DNA of 64,000 nucleotides from an uncultured Synergistaceae bacterium (GTDB lineage Bacteria; Synergistota; Synergistia; Synergistales; Dethiosulfovibrionaceae), in the NCBI GenBank assembly GCA_964604125.1, contig CAZRXR010000003.1, positions 2,593 through 66,592 on the forward strand, in the 5' to 3' direction. The position numbers and the translations under genes were made by a program. Shown here one piece after another: positions 17,621-28,139 of this stretch (the first letter of the stretch is position 1; every line of letters starts with the position of its first letter). Below the pieces are notes generated by a model. The model saw only the letters and a program-made list of their open reading frames with translations, did not search any database and was not told the DNA's origin.

Positions 17621-19498
17621 ATGTATTCAGTTGACAAAATCAGGAATCTGGCGATCGTGGCTCACATCGATCACGGCAAGACGACGCTGATTGACTCGAT
17701 CTTCCGCGGCGCGCACACCTTCCGCGAGAACGCGCAGGTCGTCGAGCGCGTCATGGACAGCGGCGAACTCGAGCGCGAGCGCGGCATCACGATCACTTCC
17801 AAGCACTGCACCGTCGAATGGAAAGGGTATCTGATCAACATCATCGACACGCCGGGGCACGCCGACTTTTCGGGCGAGGTCGAGCGTGTGCTTTCGATGG
17901 TAGACAGCGTGCTTCTGCTCGTCGATGCCAACGAGGGGCCTATGCCGCAGACGCGCTATGTCCTGTCGCGGGCGCTGGCGATGGGGCTGCGGCCGATCGT
18001 GATCATCAACAAGGTGGACAGGCCGTCGGCCACGCCCTACGTGGCCTTGGAGAAGACGTTCGATCTGTTCATCGAGCTGGGAGCGACGGACGAGCAGGCG
18101 GACTTCCCCGTCCTCTACGGTTCGGGTCTGGCGGGATGGCTAGTCGCCGATCTCGACAGGGATCCGCGCGAGGGAATGGACGCGCTGTTCAAGACGATTA
18201 TCGACCGCGTCCCGCCCCCTCCCTCCAACTCCGACAAGCCGTTTTTGATGCAGGTCAGCACGCTGGCATGGAACGACTACGTGGGCCAGATAGGCTGCGG
18301 GCGCGTCGTGTCCGGCAGGCTCCGCGCGAACGATTATTTTATCCACAGTTCGACGCGCTGGAAAGACGAGAACAAGCGGGAAGACGGCTGGGAAACCGTT
18401 TCCGCGAACCGCGAAAAGGCGGCGCACCTGTGGGTCACGCGCGGGCTTGACCGCGTGGAAGTCGGCGAGGTGTTCGCCGGCGACATCGCCTGGCTTTCCG
18501 GCCCCAAGACGATTCGGATCGGCGACACGATGGCCTCGGAGGAACTTGGCGGCGAGACGCTGCCCCCGCTCGACATCGAGGAGCCGACGGTCTCCATGTT
18601 CTTCCTGGTCAACAACAGCCCGTTCGCGGGCCGCGACGGTACGCCGCTGACGCTGCGCCAGCTGAAATCGCGCCTCGATCGCGAGTGCCAGACGAACGTC
18701 GCGCTGCGCGTCGAGGACCTCGGCCGCCCCGACGGGCTGAAGGTCTCGGGCCGCGGCGAACTGCAGATGGCCATCCTCATCGAGCAGATGATCCGCGAAG
18801 GCTCCGAGCTGTGCGTCTCGCGCCCCGAAGTCATCACGAAGACCGACGAATCCGGCCACCTTCTCGAGCCGATGGAACAGCTGATCGTCGATGTTCCCGA
18901 GGCGTATCAGGGCGTCGTCATCGAAAAGCTGGCCGCCCGCAAGGCCGAGATGTCCGGCATGAACAACCTCTCCGCGGGCGTCGTGAGGATGGAGTTTGAC
19001 ATTCCCACGCGCGGCCTGCTGGGCTACCGCAACACGTTCCTGACCGACACGCGCGGGCTGGGCATCATGTCCTCGCGTTTTCGCGGGTACGACCTGTGGC
19101 GCGGCGAGGTGGTCAGCCGCAACCGCGGCTCGATGGTCAGCATGGACACGGGCGCCGCGACGAGCTACCAGCTGGAGAACCTTCAGGAGCGCGGCACGCT
19201 TTTCATCAGCCCGGGTACGGAAGTGTACGCTGGGCAGGTGGTCGGCGAACATTCGCGTCCCAACGACATTCCCTGCAACCCCACGAAGAAAAAGGCCATG
19301 ACGAACTACCGCTCCTCCACCAAGGAACTGGCGACGCACCTCGACGTGCCGCGCCCCGTCATTCTCGACAGGGCGATCGAGTGGATCGCCGACGACGAGC
19401 TTGTCGAGGCGACGCCCAAAGAGATCCGCATCCGCAAGGCCATCCTCGACATGACGGAGCGCAAAAAGGCCGAAAAACAGCTGAAGATGGAAAGCTGA
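17621..19498 (+). CDS. typA: Translational GTPase TypA/BipA
   Basis: [40 protein letters not shown]. Confidence 0.96.
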   Translation: MYSVDKIRNLAIVAHIDHGKTTLIDSIFRGAHTFRENAQVVERVMDSGELERERGITITSKHCTVEWKGYLINIIDTPGHADFSGEVERVLSMVDSVLLLVDANEGPMPQTRYVLSRALAMGLRPIVIINKVDRPSATPYVALEKTFDLFIELGATDEQADFPVLYGSGLAGWLVADLDRDPREGMDALFKTIIDRVPPPPSNSDKPFLMQVSTLAWNDYVGQIGCGRVVSGRLRANDYFIHSSTRWKDENKREDGWETVSANREKAAHLWVTRGLDRVEVGEVFAGDIAWLSGPKTIRIGDTMASEELGGETLPPLDIEEPTVSMFFLVNNSPFAGRDGTPLTLRQLKSRLDRECQTNVALRVEDLGRPDGLKVSGRGELQMAILIEQMIREGSELCVSRPEVITKTDESGHLLEPMEQLIVDVPEAYQGVVIEKLAARKAEMSGMNNLSAGVVRMEFDIPTRGLLGYRNTFLTDTRGLGIMSSRFRGYDLWRGEVVSRNRGSMVSMDTGAATSYQLENLQERGTLFISPGTEVYAGQVVGEHSRPNDIPCNPTKKKAMTNYRSSTKELATHLDVPRPVILDRAIEWIADDELVEATPKEIRIRKAILDMTERKKAEKQLKMES

Positions 19499-19524
19499 TC
19501 CCCCAAACGAAGGAGTCTTCCCCC

Positions 19525-20517
19525 ATGAGCAAAATCTCCGTATTCGGCGCGGGCACGTGGGGCACCGCGCTCTCCCAGAGCCTCGCGCGCAACGGTCACG
19601 ACGTGCTCGTCTGGTGCTTTGAGAAGGATCTGGCCCCCGCCATCAACGCGCGGCACTACAATCCCGTCTACCTTCCCGAGTTCGAGTTGTCGCCTCGTGT
19701 CGCGGCGACGGAGTCGATCGAGGAGGCGGCGCGGTATGCCGATTACTGGCTGTTCGTCACTCCCACACAGTTTGTCAGGGCCACGCTGCGCCGACTGATC
19801 CCGCTACACACGCCCCGCGTGCGGATCGCCAACGCGGCGAAGGGAGTCGAGATCAGTTCTCTCAAACTCGTCAGTCAAATCGTCGAAGAAGCGTTACCGG
19901 GCGCGTCGTATACGGCCCTTTCGGGGCCAAGCCACGCGGAAGAAGTCATACGGAACCTGCCGCTCGCGATCGTGAGCGCGTCGCGAGACGAAGATTCCGC
20001 CCGGCTGTGGCAGGAACTCCTCAACCGCGAGGCCTTCCGCGTCTACACAAGCTCCGACGTGGTCGGCGTTGAAACGGGCGGCGCCGTGAAAAACGTCGTC
20101 GCGATCGCCGCCGGCATGCTGCGCAGCATGGAGATGGGCGACAACGCGACGGCGGCGATGGTCACGCGCGGGCTTTCCGAGATCGTCAGGCTCGGCATCG
20201 CCCTGGGCGGGCGGCCGCTGACGTTCTCCGGCCTGGCGGGGGTCGGCGATCTGATGGTCACAGCCTACAGCCGCCATTCGCGCAATTTCCGTCTGGGGGA
20301 GATGCTCGGACGCGGCAGGACGCTCGACGAGGCCGCAAAGGCGCTCGGGCAGGTGGCCGAAGGCATCTACACCGTCAAGGCGGTCAAAGAACTGTCGGAA
20401 AAGCTTTCCGTCGATATGCCGATCTCGAACGCCGTGTACCAGATCCTCTACGGCGGCTGGTCGGTGAACGACGCCGCGAGGGCCCTACTCTCGCGCGCTC
20501 CGAAACCCGAGCAGTGA
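19525..20517 (+). CDS. gpsA: NAD(P)H-dependent glycerol-3-phosphate dehydrogenase
   Basis: Start MSKISVFGAGTWG; AKG, SGPSHA, GGAVKNV, GVGDL, SRN. Confidence 0.94.
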   Translation: MSKISVFGAGTWGTALSQSLARNGHDVLVWCFEKDLAPAINARHYNPVYLPEFELSPRVAATESIEEAARYADYWLFVTPTQFVRATLRRLIPLHTPRVRIANAAKGVEISSLKLVSQIVEEALPGASYTALSGPSHAEEVIRNLPLAIVSASRDEDSARLWQELLNREAFRVYTSSDVVGVETGGAVKNVVAIAAGMLRSMEMGDNATAAMVTRGLSEIVRLGIALGGRPLTFSGLAGVGDLMVTAYSRHSRNFRLGEMLGRGRTLDEAAKALGQVAEGIYTVKAVKELSEKLSVDMPISNAVYQILYGGWSVNDAARALLSRAPKPEQ

Positions 20518-20557
20518 GACGGCGCAAGTTTGTCGTGACTAAACAATAAAATAACAC

Positions 20558-20586
20558 TTGCGTAATCGCGCCACTTATAGTAAACT
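20558..20586 (+). promoter_or_regulatory. sigma70-type promoter for ferredoxin
   Basis: TTGCGT, 17 nt, TAAACT. Confidence 0.55.
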
Positions 20587-20621
20587 TCATTCGTAGCACA
20601 AATATCGAGGAGGTGTTTTTC

Positions 20622-20792
20622 ATGGCGGCTAAGGTAAATGCGGACGTGTGCGTGGGCTGCGGCGCCTGCGAGGGCGCGTGCCCCGTCAGCGCCATTTCGA
20701 TCGCGGACGGCAAGTCGGTCGTGGACGAGGGCGCGTGCGTCGAGTGCGGAACCTGTGTCAGCGCCTGCCCTGTCGAGGCGATTTCCATCTAA
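20622..20792 (+). CDS. 2x[4Fe-4S] ferredoxin (56 aa; not in ORF track)
   Basis: SD GAGGAGG; MAAKVNADVCVGCGACEGACPVSAISIADGKSVVDEGACVECGTCVSACPVEAISI, two CxxCxxCxxxCP motifs. Confidence 0.95.
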   Translation: MAAKVNADVCVGCGACEGACPVSAISIADGKSVVDEGACVECGTCVSACPVEAISI

Positions 20793-20801
20793 GCTCCGCA
20801 A

Positions 20802-20835
20802 AAAGCCGCTCTCCGGGGGGAGAGCGGCTTTATTA
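20802..20835. terminator. Bidirectional terminator
   Basis: AAAGCCGCTCTCC/GGAGAGCGGCTTT stem between convergent genes. Confidence 0.75.
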
Positions 20836-20930
20836 TTCTATTCTGACTTCACAGCGCGAAGAAAGCGCCGGACAGCGGGAGTGCCGCCGTTCGGCGCTTT
20901 CTTCGCGTTTCGGGAACTCTTTCGTTTGGA

Positions 20931-22685
20931 TTATTCGCCGCGCCCGGCCCGCAGGGCCGCGAGCGTAAGCCCGGCGCAGGCGTCGGGGTACTCGTTGAGA
21001 GCGCCGCCGTATGCGCCGACGACGCCGCGTGCGCGCGACAGCCAGCGCGGTTCGCCCGTCAGAGCGGACAGCGTGACGAGGTTGTTCGCCATCACCGCCG
21101 TCGCCGAGGGCAGGAAGTCGTCTCCGGCGTCAACGGCGGGCAGAAGCCGGTGCGAGGCCGCGCACGCGAGGTTCCACGCGCCTTCGCGGCCGAAATCATC
21201 GTCGCAGCGGCACGCCCACGCCCGCGCGCGATCGAGGCGGCCGTCGCCGCCGCCCGCCCTGTAAAGCTCGATGTACGCCCACGTCAGGGCGCTCACGTCC
21301 TCAAGCGTCGCGTCCGGCGCGCATGTGGAGCCGCGTACCGAGTGGGCCAGCCCACCGTCTTTCACGAACGTCCGCTCTATCAGCGCGACGAGGCGTTCCG
21401 CCGTCTCAAGCCGCTCTCCGCGCCCTGTCAGCCGCGCGGCGCGCGCGGCGAGGGCCGCCAGCCAGGCGTTGTCTCTCGCGAGGGCGCGGTCGTCAAGCGC
21501 GGGCCGTCCACGCTTTTGGCGGGCCGCTTCAAGCTTCGCGGCGGTTTCCGCGGGCGGAAAACCGCTTCCGAAGGGATCGGCGCGGAGAAGTTTTTTCCCC
21601 GTCGGTGTGCCCGTGACGGGATCGATGTAATCTTCGCCGTCCGCCGCGCCGAAAAACTCCTCGGTGTCCGAAGGGCCGAGCGCGGCTTCCAGTTCGCCGC
21701 GAGACCACAGGTAGAAGTTCCAGAGCGCCCGCGAGTCGCGCGCGTCGTCTCCGGCGCAAATCAGCCCGTCGTCGCGGGCGAAGGCCGACAGGAGATAATC
21801 CGCCGCGCTGTCGAAAGCCGCGAGCAGCGCCGCGTCCCCGGTCAGCCGCCAGCCCTCCAGCAGCGACGCCAACAACGCGGCGTTGCGCGCCGTGTGTATC
21901 CCGAGGATCGGCGCGCGCCAGGCCGCGTCCAGACAGTAGTCGTGGAAACCGCCCGAGATCGCGTCGCGGAGGGAGCCGCCGACGAGGGCGCGCAGCGTGA
22001 GGAGCATGTGTTCAAAAAGCTCGCGTCCGTCGGCGCTTTGGCAGAGTTTCTCGGCGAGGAGAAGTTTCGCCGCCCGCGGGAACTTCGGCGCGGCGCCCCA
22101 TCCGCCGCGCAGCGTGTCGGCGTCGGTTTTCAGGCGCGAGACGGCGCGCGAGGGTAGCCCGGGGACAAGCGGGGCCGCGAAGGGCGAGACGGCCTCGCCC
22201 AGCCGGACGGCGTAGATTGCCGCCGCTTCGTCGAGCTGGGTTTTCTTCATCAGCCAAAGCCACTTGATCCGCCGCAGCACGTCCAAAAAGCCGGGGTTCG
22301 CGGGATCGTCGCTGTGAAGGGGCATGTACGACGCGGCGAAGATCGGCTCGCGCCGGGGCGTCAAAAACAAGAACAACGGCCACCCGGCGTGGCCCAGCGT
22401 CATCCGCGCCATCGCCCGCGCGGCCAGCGTCACGTTCGGCGTCTCGTCGGCGTCGCAGAGGACAGGGACGTAATCGCCGTTCAAAAGCGACGCCACCTCC
22501 GGGTGGGAAAAGAGGGACTTCATCTCGTAAGACCAGCGGCTCGCGGCGTTGGCGACGCACACGCACAGCGGGAGCCCGCGCTCGGCCGCGCGATTCGCGG
22601 CGTCCGCGCCCCACTCGTTCCACGCGACGGGGCCGTCGGCCCTCTCCCCGGTATATCCGCCGCGCGAGTCAGCGCGTTTTTTCAT
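20931..22685 (-). CDS. YyaL/SSP411-like thioredoxin-domain (DUF255) protein
   Basis: PVAWNEWG, GWPLFLFLTP, GGWGAAPKFP, GGFHDYC, DDFLPSA. Confidence 0.8.
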   Translation of the reverse strand: MKKRADSRGGYTGERADGPVAWNEWGADAANRAAERGLPLCVCVANAASRWSYEMKSLFSHPEVASLLNGDYVPVLCDADETPNVTLAARAMARMTLGHAGWPLFLFLTPRREPIFAASYMPLHSDDPANPGFLDVLRRIKWLWLMKKTQLDEAAAIYAVRLGEAVSPFAAPLVPGLPSRAVSRLKTDADTLRGGWGAAPKFPRAAKLLLAEKLCQSADGRELFEHMLLTLRALVGGSLRDAISGGFHDYCLDAAWRAPILGIHTARNAALLASLLEGWRLTGDAALLAAFDSAADYLLSAFARDDGLICAGDDARDSRALWNFYLWSRGELEAALGPSDTEEFFGAADGEDYIDPVTGTPTGKKLLRADPFGSGFPPAETAAKLEAARQKRGRPALDDRALARDNAWLAALAARAARLTGRGERLETAERLVALIERTFVKDGGLAHSVRGSTCAPDATLEDVSALTWAYIELYRAGGGDGRLDRARAWACRCDDDFGREGAWNLACAASHRLLPAVDAGDDFLPSATAVMANNLVTLSALTGEPRWLSRARGVVGAYGGALNEYPDACAGLTLAALRAGRGE

Positions 22686-23319
22686 TCAGAACCTCCCAAA
22701 GAGCCGGCAGCTCTGCCAGACTTGATATGACGCGCGACGCGCCGCTCCGTCTCAGACAGGCCGCGCCGTGGTTGCCCGTGGTCACGCCGACGCCCGCGAC
22801 GCCCGCGTTGACGGCCGTTTTCATGTCGATGTCCGTGTCGCCGACGTACAGCCCTTGCCGCGCGGGTACGCCCATCCGCGACAGCGCCTCCAGAACGATG
22901 TCGGGGGCCGGTTTCGGCCGCAGCGATCCGATGCCGACGATCACGGGGAAATAGTCGTACAGGCCGGCGGCCCGGACGATGCCCTCGGGCGTCAGGCGGT
23001 TTGTCGCGATGCCCAGTTTCGCTCCCGCCGAAATCAGCCTTTTCAGCGCGGGAACAGCGCTTTCAAAGGGGCGCACGCCCGCGTAGTCGCTGGATTCAAA
23101 GAGCCGCCTGTACCGCGGCAGCCACGCCGTCTCGACGGGGCCGTCGCCCCAAAAATGGCGCATCGCGTCGGCGAGCGCCCAGCCGATCGTCTTTCGCACC
23201 TCGTCCAGTTCCAGCCGTCGCAGCCCGTTTTCGCGGGCGACTGCGTTGAGATTTTCGCAGATGCCTCTGGCGCTGTCCACGAGCGTCAGGTCGAAATCGA
23301 AAACGATTCCGCGTATCAT
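22669..23319 (-). CDS. HAD-superfamily hydrolase (phosphoglycolate phosphatase-like)
   Basis: DFDLTLVDS, ATN, KPAPD, VGDTDID. Confidence 0.88.
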   Translation of the reverse strand: MIRGIVFDFDLTLVDSARGICENLNAVARENGLRRLELDEVRKTIGWALADAMRHFWGDGPVETAWLPRYRRLFESSDYAGVRPFESAVPALKRLISAGAKLGIATNRLTPEGIVRAAGLYDYFPVIVGIGSLRPKPAPDIVLEALSRMGVPARQGLYVGDTDIDMKTAVNAGVAGVGVTTGNHGAACLRRSGASRVISSLAELPALWEVLNEKTR

Positions 23320-23480
23320 CGGCCCCTCGCCTCCCTTCGACGTTATCCGCGCCGCGAAACGATGATATTGTAGCGTCTTTCGCCCGCGTTGTGAATTCCC
23401 CTTTTCGCCGCCCGCGTTTCTTTCGCCGCCCTTTATAACGTTAAGAATTGGCTTAAAATACGGCGTTTAAAATTAAGTCC

Positions 23481-23510
23481 TTGACATGAGATACGGAAAA
23501 CACGTATACT
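23481..23510 (+). promoter_or_regulatory. sigma70-type promoter for TAXI-TRAP operon
   Basis: TTGACA, 18 nt, TATACT. Confidence 0.7.
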
Positions 23511-23608
23511 TCTAAAGTGGTCGGTTTCGTTCCCCGCGCTGTGTCCGGCGGGAAGCGCCCCGGAAACGCCGCCACGCGCAAAAAAATTTTTTTAGGAGGT
23601 ATGTAGGA

Positions 23609-24610
23609 ATGAAGAAGTTTCTGGCGCTCTGTGTTGTAGTCTCCACGGTTCTCGCTGGAACTGCGCTGGCCGACACGCCGTCGCAGCTCAAGTTTACGGC
23701 GGGCCCTCCCGGCGGCAACTGGGCCGCTCTGGGCGGCATGTTCGCCGACCTCTGGACGAAGGAAGTCATGCCCACGACTTCCGTCACGGGCGGCGCCGTG
23801 AGCAACATTATCAACGCCAACGTCCGCAAGTGCGACCTCGGTTTCTCCAACACCACGATGGTCGCCGTGGCGCAGAAGGGCACCGACCTTCCCACGTTCA
23901 GGAAGGAAATCAAGAACGCCAAGATGATGGCCAACCTCTACACGCAGTACACGTATTTCATCGCGCGCAAGGACTACGCCGATAAATACGGCATCAAGAC
24001 TGTTGACGATCTCGTCAACAAGAAGCTGGCCTGCCGCTTCGGCACGCTGAAGACCGGCTCCGGCTCCGAGTTCGTCGTCAACAAGGTCTTCTCCGCCGGT
24101 TTCGGCATCGACTACCGCGCCGCGATCAAGGAGTGGGGCGGCACGGTTGAGTACGCCTCCTACGCCGGCGGCGCCGATCTGATCGCCGACAACCACCTCG
24201 ACGTGTTCGCGTTCTCCGTCGGCAAGGTCGCCGCGATCGTCATGCAGATCGAGAGCACGACCGACGTCGTGCTCCTCGGCATGGAGCAGGCCACGCTCGA
24301 CAAGATCGCCGACGCCATCGGCTCGGTCACGTTCACGATCGATCCCGGCATCTACAAGGCCGTCCCCGAGGGCGCCGAGCCGGTGAAGGTCGTCGGAGAC
24401 TACACCTGCGTCGTCGTGCGCGGCGACCTTGACGACAAGGTCGTGTACGACATCTGCAAGTCGATGTACGACAACGTCGAAACGCTGGCCAAGGGCGTCA
24501 AGGACATCGCCGAGCTCGACCCGGCCGTCGCCTGCCCCCCCAACATCGACTGCCACCCCGGCGCCGTCAAGTTCTTCAACGAAGTCCTCGCCGCCAAAGC
24601 GGCCAAGTAG
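23609..24610 (+). CDS. TAXI-family TRAP solute-binding protein
   Basis: Signal peptide, AGPPGGNW, TGGAVSN, GSGS, HPGA. Confidence 0.9.
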   Translation: MKKFLALCVVVSTVLAGTALADTPSQLKFTAGPPGGNWAALGGMFADLWTKEVMPTTSVTGGAVSNIINANVRKCDLGFSNTTMVAVAQKGTDLPTFRKEIKNAKMMANLYTQYTYFIARKDYADKYGIKTVDDLVNKKLACRFGTLKTGSGSEFVVNKVFSAGFGIDYRAAIKEWGGTVEYASYAGGADLIADNHLDVFAFSVGKVAAIVMQIESTTDVVLLGMEQATLDKIADAIGSVTFTIDPGIYKAVPEGAEPVKVVGDYTCVVVRGDLDDKVVYDICKSMYDNVETLAKGVKDIAELDPAVACPPNIDCHPGAVKFFNEVLAAKAAK

Positions 24611-24638
24611 TTCTTTTTCCGCACCGTCAAAGTTCGTG

Positions 24639-24672
24639 TGAGAAGGCAGGATTCAAACAGCCTGCCTTCTCA
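24639..24672 (+). other. Intercistronic RNA hairpin between binding-protein and permease genes
   Basis: TGAGAAGGCAGG/CCTGCCTTCTCA 12-bp stem with no T tail. Confidence 0.6.
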
Positions 24673-24734
24673 TCGTTAAAGACAGTGACGCTCTTTGGAA
24701 CCGCACACGACTGTATTCGAAAGGCTGGTCACGT

Positions 24735-26657
24735 ATGAAAAAAAGAAAACTCGACGGAGTTCTCTCGAAAGCCCTGTGGGTCTACGTGCTGCTGATGGGA
24801 GTATTCCACCTCTACACGGCCGTTTTCGGCGCGTTTGAGGCCTATCTGCAGCGCGCCATCCACCTGACGTGGGTTTTGCCGATGTGCTTCGTCATGTACC
24901 CGATGTACGACCGCAGGGACGGCAAGCCTCAAACGTCCGTCGCGTGGTACGACTGGATCCTGGCCGTCGTCTCGACGATCCCCGGTTTATACATCGTCGT
25001 CAATTACGAGGAGATCGTCAACCGCATGGCGGGCGTGGACGAGGTGACGATGGTGCAGCTGATCCTCGGGACGATCATCATCCTCGCGCTCATCGAGGCG
25101 ACCCGGCGCGTCGTCGGTATGCCCATCAACATCGTGGCGCTGGCGTTCATGGGGTACTGCACCTACTACCTGATGACGGACATCGCCACGCAGAACGGCA
25201 TGGCGTCCATCGGCGGGAACTTCTGGTTCTGCTTCAAGGAGTCCTACAAACTGCTCGTGGAGGAGATGTACCTGCTCGACGAGGGCATCTACTCGTCGTC
25301 GCTCGGCGTCTCGGCGACGATCGTCATGATCTTCCTGATCTTCGGCGGCTTCCTCGAGAACAGCGGCGTCGGCGATTATTTCATGGAGTTCGCCCAGGCG
25401 TTCACCGGCACGCAGGCCGGCGGCCCCGCTAAAATAGCGGTCGTCAGCTCGTGCCTGTTCGGCTCCATTTCCGGCTCCGCCGTCGCGAACGTGTACGCCA
25501 CGGGAACGTTCACGATCCCGATGATGAAACGGATCGGCTACAAGCCCTACATGGCCGCCGCCATCGTCGCGGTCGCCAGCGCGGGCGGCCAGATCATGCC
25601 CCCCGTCATGGGCGCGGGCGCGTTCGTCATGGCGTCGTTCCTGAACGTCCCGTTCACCGCCGTCATCATCGCCGCCATGCTGCCCGCCCTGCTCTACTAC
25701 GGCGCCGTGCTCGTGATGATCCACCTGACGGCCAAGCGCGACGGGATGAAGGGTCTGTCCGAGGACGAACTTCCCAAGAAATCCGATGTCTTCAAGCGTA
25801 TCTACATGATGTCGCCCATCGTCCTGCTCGTCGTCCTGCTGCTCTACGGTCTGACGGCTCAGATGGCGGCGGCCTACGGCATCGTGCTCGCATGGCTCGT
25901 CTCCCTTCCCAACCCCAAGCGCCGTATGGGGCCGCTTGGCATCCTCAAGGCCATCCACGACGGTTCGGAAGGCGTCCCCGTCGTGGCCACCGCCTGCGGC
26001 GCCTCCGGGTTCGTGCTCGGCGCCGTCGCCCTTTCGGGCATCGGCCCGAAGATCGTCAGCGCCGTGCTCTCCATCTCCGGCGGCAACCCGCTGATCACGC
26101 TGCTGCTCATCGCTATCGTGTGCTTAATCCTCGGCATGGGCCTGCCCACGACGAGCGCGTATATTCTCGCCGCCTCGCTGAGCGTTCCGGCGCTCGGTCA
26201 GCTGAACTTTTCCCCGATGTCGGCGCACATGTTCGTGTTCTACTACGCGATTATCTCGAACATCACGCCTCCCGTCGCTCTGGCCGCGTATTCCGCCGCC
26301 TCGCTGGCCGAGGACTCGCCCAACAAGACCGGCTGGGTCGCCTGCAGCCTCGGTTTCCTCGCGTTCGTAGTTCCGTTCGCGTTCTGCTTCGACACGGGGC
26401 TGCTGCTTGAACTCGACTGGCTGCACAACATCATCTCCATCATCAGCGGCGTCGCGCTGGTGCTGGGCGTCGGGTTCAGCTTCACCGGGTACTGCGGCGG
26501 CAGGATCCCGCTGTGGATCAGAGTTATCTTCCTCGCCGCCGGGCTTGCGTCGATGTGGAAGAGTCCCTTCGTCTCTCTGAGCGGCACCGCCGTCATCGTG
26601 GCCTTCTACTTCATCTGCCAGAAGACCTACGGCGGCAAGAAGCCCGTCGCCGCGTGA
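24735..26657 (+). CDS. TRAP transporter fused 4TM/12TM permease
   Basis: GGPAK, SGSAVANV, GGQIMPPVMGA, GMGLPT, TPPVALAA. Confidence 0.92.
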   Translation: MKKRKLDGVLSKALWVYVLLMGVFHLYTAVFGAFEAYLQRAIHLTWVLPMCFVMYPMYDRRDGKPQTSVAWYDWILAVVSTIPGLYIVVNYEEIVNRMAGVDEVTMVQLILGTIIILALIEATRRVVGMPINIVALAFMGYCTYYLMTDIATQNGMASIGGNFWFCFKESYKLLVEEMYLLDEGIYSSSLGVSATIVMIFLIFGGFLENSGVGDYFMEFAQAFTGTQAGGPAKIAVVSSCLFGSISGSAVANVYATGTFTIPMMKRIGYKPYMAAAIVAVASAGGQIMPPVMGAGAFVMASFLNVPFTAVIIAAMLPALLYYGAVLVMIHLTAKRDGMKGLSEDELPKKSDVFKRIYMMSPIVLLVVLLLYGLTAQMAAAYGIVLAWLVSLPNPKRRMGPLGILKAIHDGSEGVPVVATACGASGFVLGAVALSGIGPKIVSAVLSISGGNPLITLLLIAIVCLILGMGLPTTSAYILAASLSVPALGQLNFSPMSAHMFVFYYAIISNITPPVALAAYSAASLAEDSPNKTGWVACSLGFLAFVVPFAFCFDTGLLLELDWLHNIISIISGVALVLGVGFSFTGYCGGRIPLWIRVIFLAAGLASMWKSPFVSLSGTAVIVAFYFICQKTYGGKKPVAA

Positions 26658-26685
26658 CGTTTTTCGGCATTAGGGCGCACACAAC

Positions 26686-26718
26686 AAAAAACCCCGCTCG
26701 TTTCGAGCGGGGTTTTTT
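26686..26718. terminator. Bidirectional terminator
   Basis: AAAAAACCCCGCTCG/CGAGCGGGGTTTTTT. Confidence 0.85.
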
Positions 26719-26777
26719 GCGCGCGTATTTTTCCGAACTGTCCGTCCCTGTCCGCCGGGAACCGCGCGCGAGTCGCG

Positions 26778-28106
26778 TCAGGCTTTCGCGCCGCCGCGGC
26801 TCGTTCTCCAGAACAGACGAAGCGGCACGCCGTCGTAATCGCCCGCCTCGCGGATTTTTCTCGACAGGTGGTTCTCGAAACTCTTCGTGACGATCGAGGC
26901 GTCGTTCACAAAAAAGACGAACGTCGGCGGCACGGACGCGCTCTGCGTACAGTAGTAGATGCGGAGCCGCCGCCCCGTCCCGTCCGTCGGGAGCCGTTCA
27001 AACGCCAGCATGTCCCTGATGATCCTGTTCAGCGCCGTCGTGCTGAAGCGCGACGCCCGGCGCCCGCGCACAAGGCTGACTGTCTCCAGCAGCCGCCGCA
27101 GCCCGCGTCCCGACACGGCGGACGTGAACAGCACGGGGGCGCGCGCGGCAAATCGCAGTTCCTCGCGCAGCTTTGCCATCGTCTCGTCGCCGATCTCCGG
27201 CGTGTTCGGCAGCAGATCCCACTTGTTCACGACAAGCACGATCCCTTTGCCGCGCGCCAGTATCTCGTTCACGAGGCGCTGATCCTGCTCGGTGGCGACC
27301 TCGCGCGCGTCCATCACGAACACGGCCACGTCGCACCGGTCAACGCTGTCCATCGCGCGAACGGTCGAGTAAAACTCGATGTCGTCGCGTATCCTGCTCT
27401 TGCGGCGCAGCCCGGCGGTATCGACGATGCGGAACCGCTCGCCCTTGGAGACGATCACGGAATCGATGGAGTCGCGCGTCGTGCCCGGCACGTCGCTGAC
27501 GAGCGAACGTTCGCTGCCCGTGAGCGCGTTGAGAATGCTGGATTTGCCGACGTTCGGACGCCCCACGAGCGCCACGTTGATCGTCCCCTCGCCGGGGTCT
27601 GGATCGCCCGGCGCGTCTTTCAGCGCCGCGCATACCGCGTCGAGCAGCGTGTCGATGTCGCGACCGTGCAGCGCGCTCACGCCGACGACCGTGTCGAAAC
27701 CGAGGCTGTAGGCCTCGGCGACATCGTCCTCGTGCGTGAAGTCGTCGATTTTATTGACGGCGAGGACGACTTTTGAAGAAAACGATCTCAGCACATTCGC
27801 GACGTCCTCGTCCATCCACGTGACGCCCTGCCGTCCGTCCACGACGAAGACGACGGCGTCGCTCTCTCCGATGGCCTGAAAGATCTGGTTTTTCATCCCC
27901 TCCATGATGGGGTCTCTGTCTTTCAGGAGCAGTCCGCCGGTATCGACGACGTAAAAACTTTTTTCCTTCCACTCTACGCGCCCGTACAGACGGTCGCGCG
28001 TGACGCCGGGCATGTCGTCCACGATCGCTCTCCTCTCGCCGATGATGCGGTTGAACAGAGAAGATTTGCCGACGTTGGGACGCCCGACGATAGATACGAT
28101 TGCCAT
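26778..28106 (-). CDS. der: Ribosome biogenesis GTPase Der/EngA
   Basis: Two GRPNVGKSS G-domains, DTGG, DTAG, C-terminal KH-like domain. Confidence 0.96.
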   Translation of the reverse strand: MAIVSIVGRPNVGKSSLFNRIIGERRAIVDDMPGVTRDRLYGRVEWKEKSFYVVDTGGLLLKDRDPIMEGMKNQIFQAIGESDAVVFVVDGRQGVTWMDEDVANVLRSFSSKVVLAVNKIDDFTHEDDVAEAYSLGFDTVVGVSALHGRDIDTLLDAVCAALKDAPGDPDPGEGTINVALVGRPNVGKSSILNALTGSERSLVSDVPGTTRDSIDSVIVSKGERFRIVDTAGLRRKSRIRDDIEFYSTVRAMDSVDRCDVAVFVMDAREVATEQDQRLVNEILARGKGIVLVVNKWDLLPNTPEIGDETMAKLREELRFAARAPVLFTSAVSGRGLRRLLETVSLVRGRRASRFSTTALNRIIRDMLAFERLPTDGTGRRLRIYYCTQSASVPPTFVFFVNDASIVTKSFENHLSRKIREAGDYDGVPLRLFWRTSRGGAKA

Positions 28107-28139
28107 AGAGATCGCCCCTTCGGGATGAGCGTATAAAAT

